A DNA stretch of 64,000 nt, taken from the NCBI GenBank assembly GCA_040954595.2, contig CM082580.2, positions 1,788,783 through 1,852,782 of the forward strand, in the 5' to 3' direction. This document shows positions 45,042 to 58,900 of the stretch, piece by piece (the first letter of the stretch is position 1; each line of letters opens with the position of its first letter). Source of the stretch: Balanoglossus misakiensis (taxonomy: Eukaryota > Animalia > Hemichordata). Below the pieces are notes generated by a model. That model searched no databases. It was not told the origin of the DNA and saw only the letters and a list, made by a program, of their open reading frames with translations. A program made the translations under genes and the position numbers.

Positions 45042-48000
45042 TTTTGAGTGTTTGGTGGGGTCAACCTTTGCGTCAACATTAACCAGAGCACACTGTAACC
45101 AGGCCAGAGTGGACAGTATGCTGCCCATTAATTTTGAGTGTTTGGTGGGGTCAACCTTTGCGTCAACATTAACCAGAGCACACAGTAAACAGGCCAGAGT
45201 GGACAGTATGCTGCCCATTAATTTTGAGTGTTTGGTGGGGTCAACCTTTACGTCAACATTAACCAGGCCAGACAGAAACCAGGCCAGAGTGGACAGTATC
45301 CTGCCCATTAATTTTGAGTGTTTGGTGGGGTCAACCTGTGCGTCAACATTAACCAGAGCACACAGTAACCAGGCCAGAGTGGACAGTATGCTGGCCATTA
45401 ATTTTGAGTGTTTGGTGGGGTCAACCTTTGCGTCAACATTAACCAGAGCACACAGTAACCATGCCAGAGTGGACAGTATGCTGGCCATTAATTTTGAGTG
45501 TTTGGTGGGGTCAACCTTTGCGTCAACATTAACCAGGCCAGACAGTAACCAGGCCAGAGTGGACAGTATGCTGCCCATTAATTTTGAGTGTTTGGTGGGC
45601 TCAACCTTTGCGTCAACATTAACCAGAGCACACAGTAACCATGCCAGAGTGGACAGTATGCTGGCCATTAATTTTGAGTGTTTGGTGGGCTCAACCTTTG
45701 CGTCAACATTAACCAGAGCACACAGTAACCATGCCAGAGTGGACAGTATGCTGGCCATTAATTTTGAGTGTTTGGTGGGGTCAACCTTTGCGTCAACATT
45801 AACCAGAGCACACAGTAACCATGCCAGAGTGGACAGTATGCTGGCCATTAATTTTGAGTGTTTGGTGGGGTCAACCTTTGCGTCAACATTAACCAGGCCA
45901 GACAGTAACCAGGCCAAAGTGGACAGTATGCTGCCCATTAATTTTGAGTGTTTGGTTGGGTCAACCTTTGCGTCAACATTAACCAGAGCACACAGTAACC
46001 ATGCCAGAGTGGACAGTATGCTGGCCATTAATTTTGAGTGTTTGGTGGGGTCAACCTTTGCGTCAACATTAACCAGAGCACACAGTAACCAGGCCAAAGT
46101 GGACAGTATGCTGCCCATTAATTTTGAGTGTTTGGTGGGCTCAACCTTTTCGTCAACATTAACCAGAGCACACAGTAACCAGGCCAGAGTGGACAGTATG
46201 CTGCCCATTAATTTTGAGTGTTTGGTGGGGTCAACCTTTGCGTCAACATTAACCAGAGCACACAGTAACCAGGCCAGAGTGGACAGTATGCTGCCCATTT
46301 ATTTTGAGTGTTTGGTGGGCTCAACCTTTGCGTCAACATTAACCAGAGCACACAGTAACCAGACCAGAGTGGACAGTATGCTGGCCATTAATTTTGAGTG
46401 TTTGGTGGGGTCAACCTTTGCGTCAACATTAACCAGAGCACACAGTAACCAGACCAGAGTGGACAGTATCCTGCCCATTAATTTTGAGTGTATGGTGGGG
46501 TCAACCTTTGCGTCAACATTAACCAGAGCACACAGTAACCAGGCCAGAGTGGACAGTATGCTGGCCATTAATTTTGAGTGTTTGGTGGGGTCAACCTTTG
46601 CGTCAACATTAACCAGAGCACACAGTAACCAGGCCAGAGTGGACAGTATGCTGCCCATTTATTTTGAGTGTTTGGTGGGCTCAACCTTTGCGTCAACATT
46701 AACCAGAGCACACAGTAACCAGGCCAAAGTGGACAGTATGCTGGCCATTAATTTTGAGTGTTTGGTGGGGTCAACCTTTGCGTCAACATTAACCAGAGCA
46801 CACAGTAACCAGACCAGAGTGGACAGTATGCTGGCCATTAATTTTGAGTGTTTGGTGGGGTCAACCTTTGCGTCAACATTAACCAGAGCACACAGTAACC
46901 AGACCAGAGTGGACAGTATGCTGGCCATTAATTTTGAGTGTTTGGTGGGCTCAACCTTTTCGTCAACATTAACCAGAGCACACAGTAACCAGACCAGAGT
47001 GGACAGTATGCTGGCCATTAATTTTGAGTGTTTGGTGGGGTCAACCTTTGCGTCAACATTAACCAGAGCACACAGTAACCAGACCAGAGTGGACAGTATG
47101 CTGGCCATTAATTTTGAGTGTTTGGTGGGGTCAACCTTTGCGTCAACATTAACCAGAGCACACAGTAACCAGACCAGAGTGGACAGTATGCTGGCCATTA
47201 ATTTTGAGTGTTTGGTGGGCTCAACCTTTGCGTCAACATTAACCAGAGCACACAGTAACCAGACCAGAGTGGACAGTATGCTGGCCATTAATTTTGAGTG
47301 TTTGGTGGGGTCAACCTTTGCGTCAACATTACCAGAGCACACAGTAACCAGACCAGAGTGGACAGTATGCTGGCCATTAATTTTGAGTGTTTGGTGGGGT
47401 CAACCTTTGCGTCAACATTAACCAGAGCACACAGTAACCAGGCCAGAGTGGACAGTATGCTGGCCATTAATTTTGAGTGTTTGGTGGGCTCAACCTTTTC
47501 GTCAACATTAACCAGAGCACACAGTAACCAGACCAGAGTGGACAGTATGCTGGCCATTAATTTTGAGTGTTTGGTGGGGTCAACCTTTGCGTCAACATTA
47601 ACCAGAGCACACAGTAACCAGGCCAGAGTGGACAGTATGCTGGCCATTAATTTTGAGTGTTTGGTGGGCTCAACCTTTGCGTCAACATTAACCAGAGCAC
47701 ACAGTAACCAGACCAGAGTGGACAGTATGCTGGCCATTAATTTTGAGTGTTTGGTGGGCTCAACCCTTGCATCAACATTAACCAGAGCACACAGTAACCA
47801 GACCAGAGTGGACAGTATGCTGGCCATTAATTTTGAGTGTTTGGTGGGGTCAACCTTTGCGTCAACATTAACCAGGCCAGACAGTAACCAGGCCAAAGTG
47901 GACAGTATGCTGCCCATTAATTTTGAGTGTTTGGTGGGGTCAACCTTTGCGTCAACATTAACCAGAGCACACAGTAACCAGACCAGAGTGGACAGTATGC

Positions 48001-50088
48001 TGGCCATTAATTTTGAGTGTTTGGTGGGCTCAACCCTTGCATCAACATTAACCAGAGCACACAGTAACCAGACCAGAGTGGACAGTATGCTGGCCATTAA
48101 TTTTGAGTGTTTGGTGGGGTCAACCTTTGCGTCAACATTAACCAGGCCAGACAGTAACCAGGCCAAAGTGGACAGTATGCTGCCCATTAATTTTGAGTGT
48201 TTGGTGGGGTCAACCTTTGCGTCAACATTAACCAGGCCAGACAGTAACCAGGCCAGAGTGGACAGTATGCTGCCCATTAATTTTGAGTGTTTGGTGGTGT
48301 CAACCTTTGCGTCAACATTAACCAGAGCACACAGTAACCAGACCAGAGTGGACAGTATGCTGGCCATTAATTTTGAGTGTTTGGTGGGCTCAACCTTTTC
48401 GTCAACATTAACCAGAGCACACAGTAACCAGACCAGAGTGGACAGTATGCTGGCCATTAATTTTGAGTGTTTGGTGGGCTCAACCTTTGCGTCAACATTA
48501 ACCAGAGCACACAGTAACCAGACCAGAGTGGACAGTATGCTGGCCATTAATTTTGAGTGTTTGGTGGGCTCAACCTTTGCGTCAACATTAACCAGAGCAC
48601 ACAGTAACCAGACCAGAGTGGACAGTATGCTGGCCATTAATTTTGAGTGTTTGGTGGGCTCAACCCTTGCATCAACATTAACCAGAGCACACAGTAACCA
48701 GACCAGAGTGGACAGTATGCTGCCCATTAATTTTAAGTGATTGGTGGGGTCAACCTTTGCGTCAACATTAACCAGAGCACACAGTAACCAGACCAGAGTG
48801 GACAGTATGCTGGCCATTAATTTTGAGTGTTTGGTGGGGTCAACCTTTGCGTCAACATTAACCAGGCCAGACAGTAACCAGGCCAGAGTGGACAGTATGC
48901 TGCCCATTAATTTTGAGTGTTTGGTGGGGTCAACCTGTGCGTCAACATTAACCAGAGCACACAGTAACCAGCCCAGAGTGGACAGTATGCTGCCCATTAT
49001 TTTAAGTGATTGGTGGGGTCAACCTTTGCGTCAACATTAACCAGGCCAGACAGTAACCAGGCCAAAGTGGACAGTATGCTGCCCATTAATTTTGAGTGTT
49101 TGGTGGGGTCAACCTGTGCGTCAACATTAACCAGAGCACACAGTAACCAGCCCAGAGTGGACAGTATGCTGCCCATTAATTTTGAGTGTTTGGTGGGGTC
49201 AACCTTTGCGTCAACATTAACCAGGCCAGACAGTAACCAGGCCAAAGTGGACAGTATGCTGCCCATTAATTTTGAGTGTTTGGTGGGGTCAACCTGTGCG
49301 TCAACATTAACCAGAGCACACAGTAACCAGCCCAGAGTGGACAGTATGCTGCCCATTAATTTTAAGTGATTGGTGGGGTCAACCTTTGCGTCAACATTAA
49401 CCAGAGCACACAGTAACCAGACCAGAGTGGACAGTATGCTGGCCATTAATTTTGAGTGTTTGGTGGGGTCAACCTTTGCGTCAACATTAACCAGGCCAGA
49501 CAGTAACCAGGCCAGAGTGGACAGTATTCTGCCCTTTAATTTTGAGTGTTTGGTGGGGTCAACCTGTGCGTCAACATTAACCAGAGCACACAGTAACCAG
49601 GCCAGAGTGGACAGTATGCTGCCCATTAATTTTGAGTGTTTGGTGGGGTCAACCTTTGCGTCAACATTAACCAGGCCAGACAGTAACCAGGCCAGAGTGG
49701 ACAGTATGCTGCCCATTAATTTTGAGTGTTTGGTGGGGTCAACCTTTGCGTCAACATTAACCAGGCCAGACAGTAACCAGGCCAGAGTGGACAGTATGCT
49801 GCCCATTAATTTTGAGTGTTTGGTGGGGTCAACCTTTGCGTCAACATTAACTAGAGCACACAGTAACCAGGCCAGAGTGGACAGTATGCTGGCCATTAAT
49901 TTTGAGTGTTTGGTGGGGTCAACCTTTGCGTCAACATTAACCAGAGCACACAGTAACCAGGCCAGAGTGGACAGTATGCTGCCCATTAATTTTGAGTGTT
50001 TGGTGGGGTCAACCTTTGCGTCAACATTAACCAGAGCACACAGTAACCAGACCAGAGTGGACAGTATCCTGCCTATTAATTTTGAGTG
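45042..50088. repeat. 90-bp tandem satellite, ~56 copies
   Basis: Unit TTTTGAGTGTTTGGTGGGGTCAACCTTTGCGTCAACATTAACCAGAGCACACAGTAACCAGGCCAGAGTGGACAGTATGCTGSCCATTAA, with two single-base deletions (~47330, ~48998). Confidence 0.98.
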
Positions 50089-51045
50089 ACTTGTGGGTCA
50101 ATTTGATCAAATACTGCCTACTGCTGGCGCTGCCTATTTGAAGAAATGTGAAAAGATGGCAAGACAGGTTTTGGTAAGTGTGGGCCCCCTAACTGAAGCA
50201 AAAGCACAAACTGAAAACAAAGATATGAATTTGGAATAGTTTTATTTATTACATATGAAAAATAATGAAGACTTATGCTTCAAAGTAAGTATCGACGGAG
50301 TCGAACCGCCAATGCTGCAATGGCATTATACCCATAATACTTTTTTTGCTTTTTGCATGAATTTCATTATTTTTCATATGCTGTGCAGCTAAAGTGTGGC
50401 TAGATGGCTAACTGCTGATGTAAAATATCTTGCATACCAATTTGGAACATTTACCCCAAGTAGTGGTCAAACAGAAACAATGCTTGCATTCAATTTGAAA
50501 CAAGGTGACAAAAGTGGTCGAAATGAAACAATGAGCAAAAACAGTGTTTATCAAACTGAAATAATGTGGTCGAAATGAAACAATGAGCAAAAACAGTGTT
50601 TATCAAACTGAAATAATGTGCCAAAATAGCTCCTGTTGATATTGCACAAAATTAACTGTTGCATTCTACCCTTGAGTTAATTTTTATTTCTAGGCAATTA
50701 TGTGTTAATACTAATTATTACCTATGGGTAAAAACCATCAGTTTCTTAAGTGCAAATCGCAAGAAGCTCCCCCATACAATTTTAGTGTTTTTTTAAATCA
50801 AGCAAGATAATTACATTCTGTGTGATAAACTAACTAACTTTACGCGCCTGGGGACAGTTAAAAACCTCGAGCCAAATATAAAATGAGGAAAAACTGCCCC
50901 CTCCCCCGTTGTGAATTTTAAAAGTTTGGGGCTCACACTAACCAGAATTGTCTTGCCGACTCCTATTTTTCTGTGTACATTTTGATGTATTGTTGTTACG
51001 TGAGATTGAGGTTCGTGTTGATGCGGGAATTACGATGACGAAAGC

Positions 51046-51236
51046 AAAAAATCCATCGGTGAATCAAACGGGCACACGGCGAAATTCCATTACACGACGA
51101 GCAAACTGCGATGAAGAACGCGAACGCGGGTAACGTTGTAAAAATCCATCGGCGAATCAAACGGGCACACGGCGAAATTCCATTACACGACGAGCGACCT
51201 GCAATGAAGAACGCGAACGCGGGTAACGCTGCAAAA
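51046..51236. repeat. ~94-bp CpG-rich tandem duplication
   Basis: AAAAATCCATCGGYGAATCAAACGGGCACACGGCGAAATTCC...CGCGGGTAACG occurs twice. Confidence 0.9.
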
Positions 51237-51659
51237 AATCGGCAGACAAATTACACGAATGCATAGCAAAAATTATTTTACCCAACCTGACACTAATAAA
51301 TTACCCAATGATTTTAAATTTCTTATTATTACACCCCAATTAATCATCATACCTTTGTAATATTAACACCATTTATACACATCCCATAATGTTTATACCA
51401 TCAAGTTTATACCATTTTATTATTATTATACCACCAAAACCTTGTGTTACCCATTTTTTATTATTACACCATTGATGTTTACACCCTTATATATTATACC
51501 GGCATTTACCCTCTGTACATGTACAGTTTTTATTTACCACGTGGCATTACCCTTGTTTTTATAGTATTTTAATTACTTATCATACCCTTGAAACCATAAT
51601 ATTATACCCATGCAGACAGTTTTGTTACAGTACCCTTGTGCACACTGTTTTATTAGTCA

Positions 51660-51838
51660 TCATACACCAACCCTTCCCCATTCCATTACATTATACCATT
51701 TTTTATTAGCCTAACCTATTCATACACCAACCCTTCACCATTCCGTTAGATTATACCATTTTTTATTACCCTAACATATTCATACACCAACCCTTTACCA
51801 TTCCCTCAGATTAAACCATTTTTATTAACCTAACCTAT
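51660..51838. repeat. 60-bp tandem repeat, 3 copies
   Basis: CATACACCAACCCTT at 51661, 51721 and 51781. Confidence 0.9.
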
Positions 51839-52021
51839 TGACAGCATCCCTCTGCTTATGATATTGTTATCTGGCACGGCGTTGTTGTAGATATTGATTA
51901 GACTCCCTCCGGCGATGATATTACCAATGAACCTATTAAAAAAAAAGAATGAATATTATTAATTAGATCAGATCAACAAATCATGGCGTTGTTCGTCCCT
52001 CTGGTCACAGAAGCATCATCT

Positions 52022-52638
52022 GGCGTCGTTACAAGTTTAAGTTCATCCCTCCAGTACAGTATTAGGTGGCGGCGTCGTTACAAGTATTAAGTTCATCCCT
52101 CCAGTACAGTATTAGGTGGCGGCGTCGTTACAAGTATTAAGTTCATCTCTCCAGTACAGTATTAGGTGGCGGCGTCGTTACAAGTATTAAGTTCATCTCT
52201 CCAGTACAGTATTAGGTGGCGGCGTCGTTACAAGTATTCAGTTCATCCCTCCAGTACAGTATTAGGTGGCGGCGTCGTTACAAGTATTAAGTTCATCCCT
52301 CCAGTACAGTATTAGGTGGCGGCGGCGTTACAAGTATTAAGTTCATCCCTCCAGTACAGTATTAGGTGGCGGCGTCATTACAAGTATTAAGTTCATCCCT
52401 CCAGTACAGTATTAGGTGGCGGCGTCGTTACAAGTATTAAGTTCATCTCTCCAGTACAGTATTAGGTGGCGGCATCGTTACAAGTATTAAGTTCATCTCT
52501 CCAGTACAGTATTAGGTGGCGGCGTCGTTACAAGTATTAAGTTCATCTCTCCAGTACAGTATTAGGTGGCGGCGTCGTTACAAGTATTAAGTTCATCTCT
52601 CCAGTACAGTAATAGGTGGCGGCGTCGTTACAAATATT
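52022..52638. repeat. 50-bp minisatellite, ~12 copies
   Basis: Unit GGCGTCGTTACAAGTATTAAGTTCATCYCTCCAGTACAGTATTAGGTGGC. Confidence 0.97.
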
Positions 52639-52765
52639 ACACTCCCTCTAGCAGCAGTGTTACCAATGAACCTAATGTAAAAAAGAATGAAATTATTTTA
52701 AAAAACTGATTAGATCAAGTCATCATCATTGATAAAAAAACAATGATAAGAAGAAATCATTTAAA

Positions 52766-52900
52766 AATTAAAGCTGCCAGCACCATTGGTGGGGCCCAAA
52801 CAGTTCCCATTGTTACCAGGGTTAGTATGCCAAGGCTGTATTGTGCTGTGAATACTAAGATATAGGAAAGCTGGTCAAAGGTTACCCTGGGGTCACTGAA
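52766..52900. mobile_element. Diverged terminus of another non-autonomous Helentron
   Basis: AATTAAAGCTGCCAGCACCATTGGTGGGGCCCAAAC followed by a partial unit (GCCAAGGCTGTA..AGATATAGGAAAGCTGGTCAAAGGTT). Confidence 0.6.
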
Positions 52901-55900
52901 AATCGCGTCAGGGACACTGTGGTCTCATTTAGTGATTACACTAAAAGAAGTCTACACAGGAGTACAGACAGACAGACAGACAGACAGACACAGAGAGGCA
53001 ATAAAATATGACCCCCCCCCCCCCCCCGAAAACATACGTTGTCCTTGATCTTATGTATGCCGGCCGGGTACAATAGACAAACCAGCCAATTAATGAACAT
53101 TTTGTACAAATACAGAGCTCAAAGTTGCATTTTAGTGAGCCCAAAAGCAAATTAGCTCAATGTTACGACAATTTTACTTATGCCACTCAAAGTTTGCATC
53201 GGTGGGGTGGGATGGCAAGTAGCCTGTCCTGGTACAATAGACAAACCAGCCAATAAATGATATGTGGTGAAGAATGAAGGGGTGGGTGTGATTAGTACAT
53301 TTTGTAAAAAAAAGACCTCGGAACTGTAATTTTGTGGGGCAAAAAGAATGGGATCCCCCCTTAAAGGTTTAAAAAAGAAGATGACCTCCGTCCCATTTGG
53401 ATTTTAAAATTTAAAGCCCAAAGAAGTCGACTCATCAATTCTAGAAAAGTAGACTTTTTTGCTAAAAATGATGAAAAAATGCATAAAAATAGAATATTCA
53501 AACTATTTGTTCAAAAAAAATATAGGACTGTATGTGGTTGACATAAGGTACTTGCATACCAATTGTCAAATCAATCTGACCAGTGGTTGTCGAGTTTCTG
53601 AGTTTTGACCAATTTCAAATTGTCCCAGCTAATTTGCATTAATTCAAAAAGTTTAACTGAATATGGCTGCCAGGTCAAATAACTGATTTGAATTTCAAGG
53701 TGCACACTCGTTGGCAAGGACAGCTGTGACAAAGTTTAGAAGCCTAGGTGTGGCAGCTTTTCAAAGCCAGGTGTGCAAAAAAAATCCAGGGAATGGGGCC
53801 CCAGCTCCTGAAAAAAACAGCACAATACCAAAAAGGGACTGATATTACTAACAAAATGTAAGCCTGTAAGAAGTCAAAAGCTGCACATCTTTTTACCACC
53901 TTGTGTCAGTACTAAGCAATAAGACTTTTTATAGAGTTGCTGTTTTAGTGGTCTTTGCAGATGCTAGAGATTAAAAAAGAAGATTTTCAGAAACAATGAT
54001 AGCTATATCAATTACTGTTTGAAAAAAATGTGATGTTCACCACCTTGTTTTCAGAAAAGTATTTAAATAAATGTTTTTCCAAAGAGTTAAAACAAAGATT
54101 GGCAGCCATCTTGAATTTAAAAAAACTGCAACAATATCCCATATGCAACAAATATGCAAATTATACTATTTGACAAGGGGTTTCAGAGAAGAGGACTACT
54201 CTTCAGACTCAGACATAAAATACTAATGCAATATTCAGCAGAATTTAAAAAAAATGACTAAGATCACTCAGGGACAATTCACAACAAAGATCGAAACAAT
54301 TAGACGTACCAATTTTAAAGACCATTATGAAAACTTTACAGATTCGGTCATAATGTAAACAAAGAATATCACCCCTGTGGACATGACAATCAGATATGCA
54401 TATTCTAATATGATTTTTAGTCCAAATAAAAAGGCAACTGCCCCAAAATACAAAATTGCAGGTTAAATTTCAGAGAAAATTCCCCCCCCCCCAAAAAAAA
54501 TATGCAAATTTCACCACATTTTGAAGAAACAACTTGCGTCATCCCTAGAAACTTGCATAGTCAAAGAAATCCTACAAGCTTATTTCTTCTTCCAAAAACA
54601 GCAACAACTCGTTTCAAACTACAAATATGCCGAATTCAACACAATTTGAACACGCATTACTTCGCTACCCCCAGAAACCTGCATACCAAATTTGAAAGCA
54701 CTTGCACCAGTGATTTCAGAAAAGGAAAAGTGTTGACAGACATAGGATGACTGAACATCTATCTACCTGTCTGATAACATTTGCAGTGCTAAGAGCAGAG
54801 ATTGGTGTTGTCTTTTCACATTTTAAATCATCACACTTTGCTTCTCAAAGCTACTATTCTGCTCTGCTTGAGAAATGACTTGGGACCATTTTTGGCAAAC
54901 AATAGTCACTAATCTTCCTGAGTTTATAGTACAATGTACCTACACTGTTTTAGTAATGTACTGATTATGTTCAGACTATTTCTTGTGTCTGCATATGTCT
55001 TTATTACAGAGGAATAATCTATCCGGTTGTCATTTCTCTGTTTACTCAGAAATAAACTAGTCTGGGTTGAAACAGTAGAAATTTTAAAATTGTCATACCT
55101 ATTTCTGAAGAGAGTTCAAAACCAATACCTTGGGGAAGCATTATATCAAATTTGCTGGGTAACTGTGGATTTATAACTTTGGCTAATTACAATGCTAACT
55201 CACACTGGATGATTCGATGGTATTTTTAGATTCAGATCAAAATATAAAGAACAGTACAAAGTGGCAAAATGGGATTGTTTTGTGAAAGCAAGTGGCTTGC
55301 ATTGAGAGACAATAGGGTACTATACATAGGCCAAGTTGCTCAAAAAGCATGGAGAAATCACTTTTGATGAATGCATGGATGGGATGCGTTTCATTACTGT
55401 CAGTATTAATTGTCTTTTTTCGTGGTCCAAGCAATACCTTCTAAATTGAAACCAGTTTTATCACTGCTTTTATCACAGTTTAGTTAACTTGAAATGAATA
55501 TGGGTTATATCATTACTCATACCATTGGTGTTGTCTTATCATTTTTCACTGGAGATAGGAAGGCGAGATTGCGACTTACAGCATTAGATTATTACGTTTT
55601 GAACCCTTCTGTTATGACGGAAATAGTTTCAGCCTATACTATTTAAGATAAGAATCCTTTGGAATCAGTCTGTATTTTCTCGGCAGATTTTTATTGAAAA
55701 TAATAGTTTTATCGACAGTCACAAGCTGAGTACAACCAGAGTTTTGATCGGCTACCAGCTATTATCAACAAATAGTTTAAAAGATACGATTTTTGATGGA
55801 AAATTGCAAAAATTGCCCCAAGAACACAAATTTCACTAACATTTTACAACATCTTACTTGGGTAACCCCAAGGAACGTTCCAACCAAATTTAAAAGCAAT

Positions 55901-58900
55901 CTGACGAGGGATTTCAGAGAAAATGATTTTTGAGCAAAATTGGTAAAAATCTCCCAAACTTACAAATAGGCAATTTACAAAAACCACCTTAGATCAAATA
56001 TAGGAAGCTTCATGCTAAATTATAAAGAAATTGGCTATCACTTCCATAAATTGTTTATTTACAAAAAATATGGAAAAGTCCAAACAAGCATAAAAAATAG
56101 AAAATTCATGATATGAGCTCAAAACATGCAGGACTTTGAAGTCGTCATGCATACAAATGTATAAAGCAATTTGCCCAGTAGTTGATGAGTTTAGACTAAT
56201 TTAACATTTTTCAAGCTCATTTGCACTTTTTTGGCCATGACAACTTAAACAAAATTATATCTACAGAACAGCCTTTACACTCCAAATATTGCGGCTATAA
56301 GTTTTTGTTGTGGATGGACATAGATACAGAAGCAGCTGAATCGCATAAGGTCCCAGTGGTATACACATATATTGAATGGGGCCTACAAAGATTGACTAAA
56401 TTTACAATCAATCTGACAAGTAGTTTCAAACAATTTTTGATGAAAAGTTGCAAAATTTCCCAGAAGTTTCACCAAATTTCACACCAACATTTTACTTAGG
56501 TTTACACCCCTCGCCTGAGTAGGAACACGCCTTCCAAATTTCAAAGCTATCTGACAAAAAGTTTCCGAAAAACGATTTTCGACTCGGAATGGCAAAAATT
56601 GACCAAACATTACAAATATGCAAAACTGGCAACAATTTGCGCCAAACTAACTAAGATCACAAAATGAAGGAAAAAAATCTCCAATGAGTTGAAATGAGAA
56701 ATCCATGTACACAAACATTTGTGAAATACTTCCCCTATACCCTTAATACAATTAGGTACCCTATTCAAATAGTCATAATCAACCCACTTCTTGATCGTGG
56801 AGGATAGCACTACATAAAGGTTACCAAGTGGAGAATATTCATCCGACAAGTGATTATTAGAGGTGTGCATAATAAACCAACGGTGGATTGCTGCCCCAAT
56901 AAAATTGAGAGGGTGAATTAACTATTTGATTAAAAACAGTAACATATAAACTGGCTATGAAGCATGTATACAACAAGTTGTGGTTACCAGAAAAAGGTAC
57001 TTCACGGGGCCGCAAGGGTCTTTAACATAGGGTCCAAGGTCTTCTCCCCCTCCTGCACAGCCTAATGATGACCATTTAAGACAGTCCACCTGTGAATCAA
57101 ATATATGTGCATGTTTATAAGTAACCAATCACAAACTTGCATTATGTCATACTAATAAGTCAAAATATGCAGAACATGGTATAATGTAGGGTCAAGGCTG
57201 TGTTGTGACAACGCATAACAATAGAATACTTAGCAGATAAATCTGTGAAACAGCAATTTTGAAACTCCATTTACAACTGACTAAGTTATAGTACTGCAGA
57301 GTATAGAAGCTCCATATGGGTATACTCTTACATGGCAATCAGGTGACAAATGATATTTATGTGTAAACAACAAAAACATGCACACAGACTTAATAACACT
57401 GTACCTAAAACATACCCACCCATGGACGGCAAACAAATAATTAAATTCAAGGCGCCTATATACAATTATAGCTATGGGTAATTCTGCCAATTCTAAATGT
57501 GTCCAAACTGAATTCATGTCCAGTTCATTCACCTCATCATAATCACATTACAGGAAATCAATAATGCCCTAAAAAAGCAAATAAAGATGAACTCATGCTT
57601 ACCAGAAAGTAGTCTTAACCAAGCTTCAGCGCACAGGAGAACGAGAAACCCTGGACCAGTTGAAATTGCGACAATCATGGCTTCCATCTGTGAATGAAAT
57701 ATGCATAGCAGTTAGTAACAAATCATAAACCTGTAGGTCGCAATATATGGGATGTGATATAAGGGAGTGTTGAGAATATACTTCCCCAGGAATTGAGGTA
57801 GCTGTAGGATTTCCAGGGGGCCATCGATTTTTTTACATGAGAAATTGGGGGGGGGGGGGGCACATAACACCAGACTTTTAGGGATGGCTATGAAAAAATA
57901 GCGTCAAGGACACTGTGGTCCCATTTGAGGATTACACAGAATTAGTTATAGACAAGAATAAAATCACATGCGACACTGGCAAGCAGATATGACCTAACCA
58001 TATATAAATATGAAAATGTAAAACAATTAACAAGGACCATGCCCAATAGACTGTCATGTGTCATGGCAGTCTTACAAGTGATGCAAGAAAAATTTATGTT
58101 TGACCAAAAATTGTGTGTAGAAACACACATGACAAGCAACTTCTTACAGTCAGCCCTTGGACAGACTGACAGACATTCAATAGCTAGTGGTCTCTGTAAT
58201 AGCTGGCCTATTAAGTTATGTAAACATGTAGTGTAAACAGTCTCGGGGTACCAATACCTTGTAAACAGTAACTTTCAATGCAACTGGTCATGAGTTTAGA
58301 AGATTTGCTAACCGAAATCAATAATTTGCAAAAAAACTCGCTAAATATTTGTTCAAAAGTGGCAAAAACACATACAAGCAAATATCACCAAAATTGTTCA
58401 AAATCCTAACTTCAATCACCACAAGGAACATGCCTGCCAAAAAGGGAATCAATCAAAGCAATCTGACAAGCGGTTTCAGAGGGGAAAAATAACAAAAAAA
58501 TTATCATCAAAATTATAAATATGTAATTTTTTGCAATAATTTGAACAAAACCATGGTTGCTCAGACAACCTATAAGAAGCTTCATACTAAATTTCAAAGA
58601 AGTAGGCCGATCACTTTCAGAAATGAAGATTTTTTACCAATAATGTTGAAAAATTAATATAAACAAATGCATCAAAAATAGAAAATCAATATTAGCTCTA
58701 AACATACAGGACTGTTTGAGGTAGACATAAGGTACCTGCATACCAATTTCCAAATTAATCTGATTAGTAGTTGGTGAGTTTGAGTTTTGACCCATTTCAT
58801 ATTTTTCCACCTAATTTGCATTTTTTTTAAAGTCAATGACAACTCCATTTGAAGAAACTCCCTTTTACAGCCCAACATGCATCCACACACCAAATATCAA

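Noticed and set aside
44836-50089. Long ORFs (861, 569, 480, 423 aa etc.) on both strands
   Set aside because: They are by-products of a 90-bp unit that is stop-free in one frame per strand. Frameshifts and stops interrupt them, and no non-repeat domain is attached.
45042-52638. Tandem arrays as CRISPR-like arrays
   Set aside because: The units are contiguous with no unique spacers, there are no cas genes, and the context is eukaryotic.
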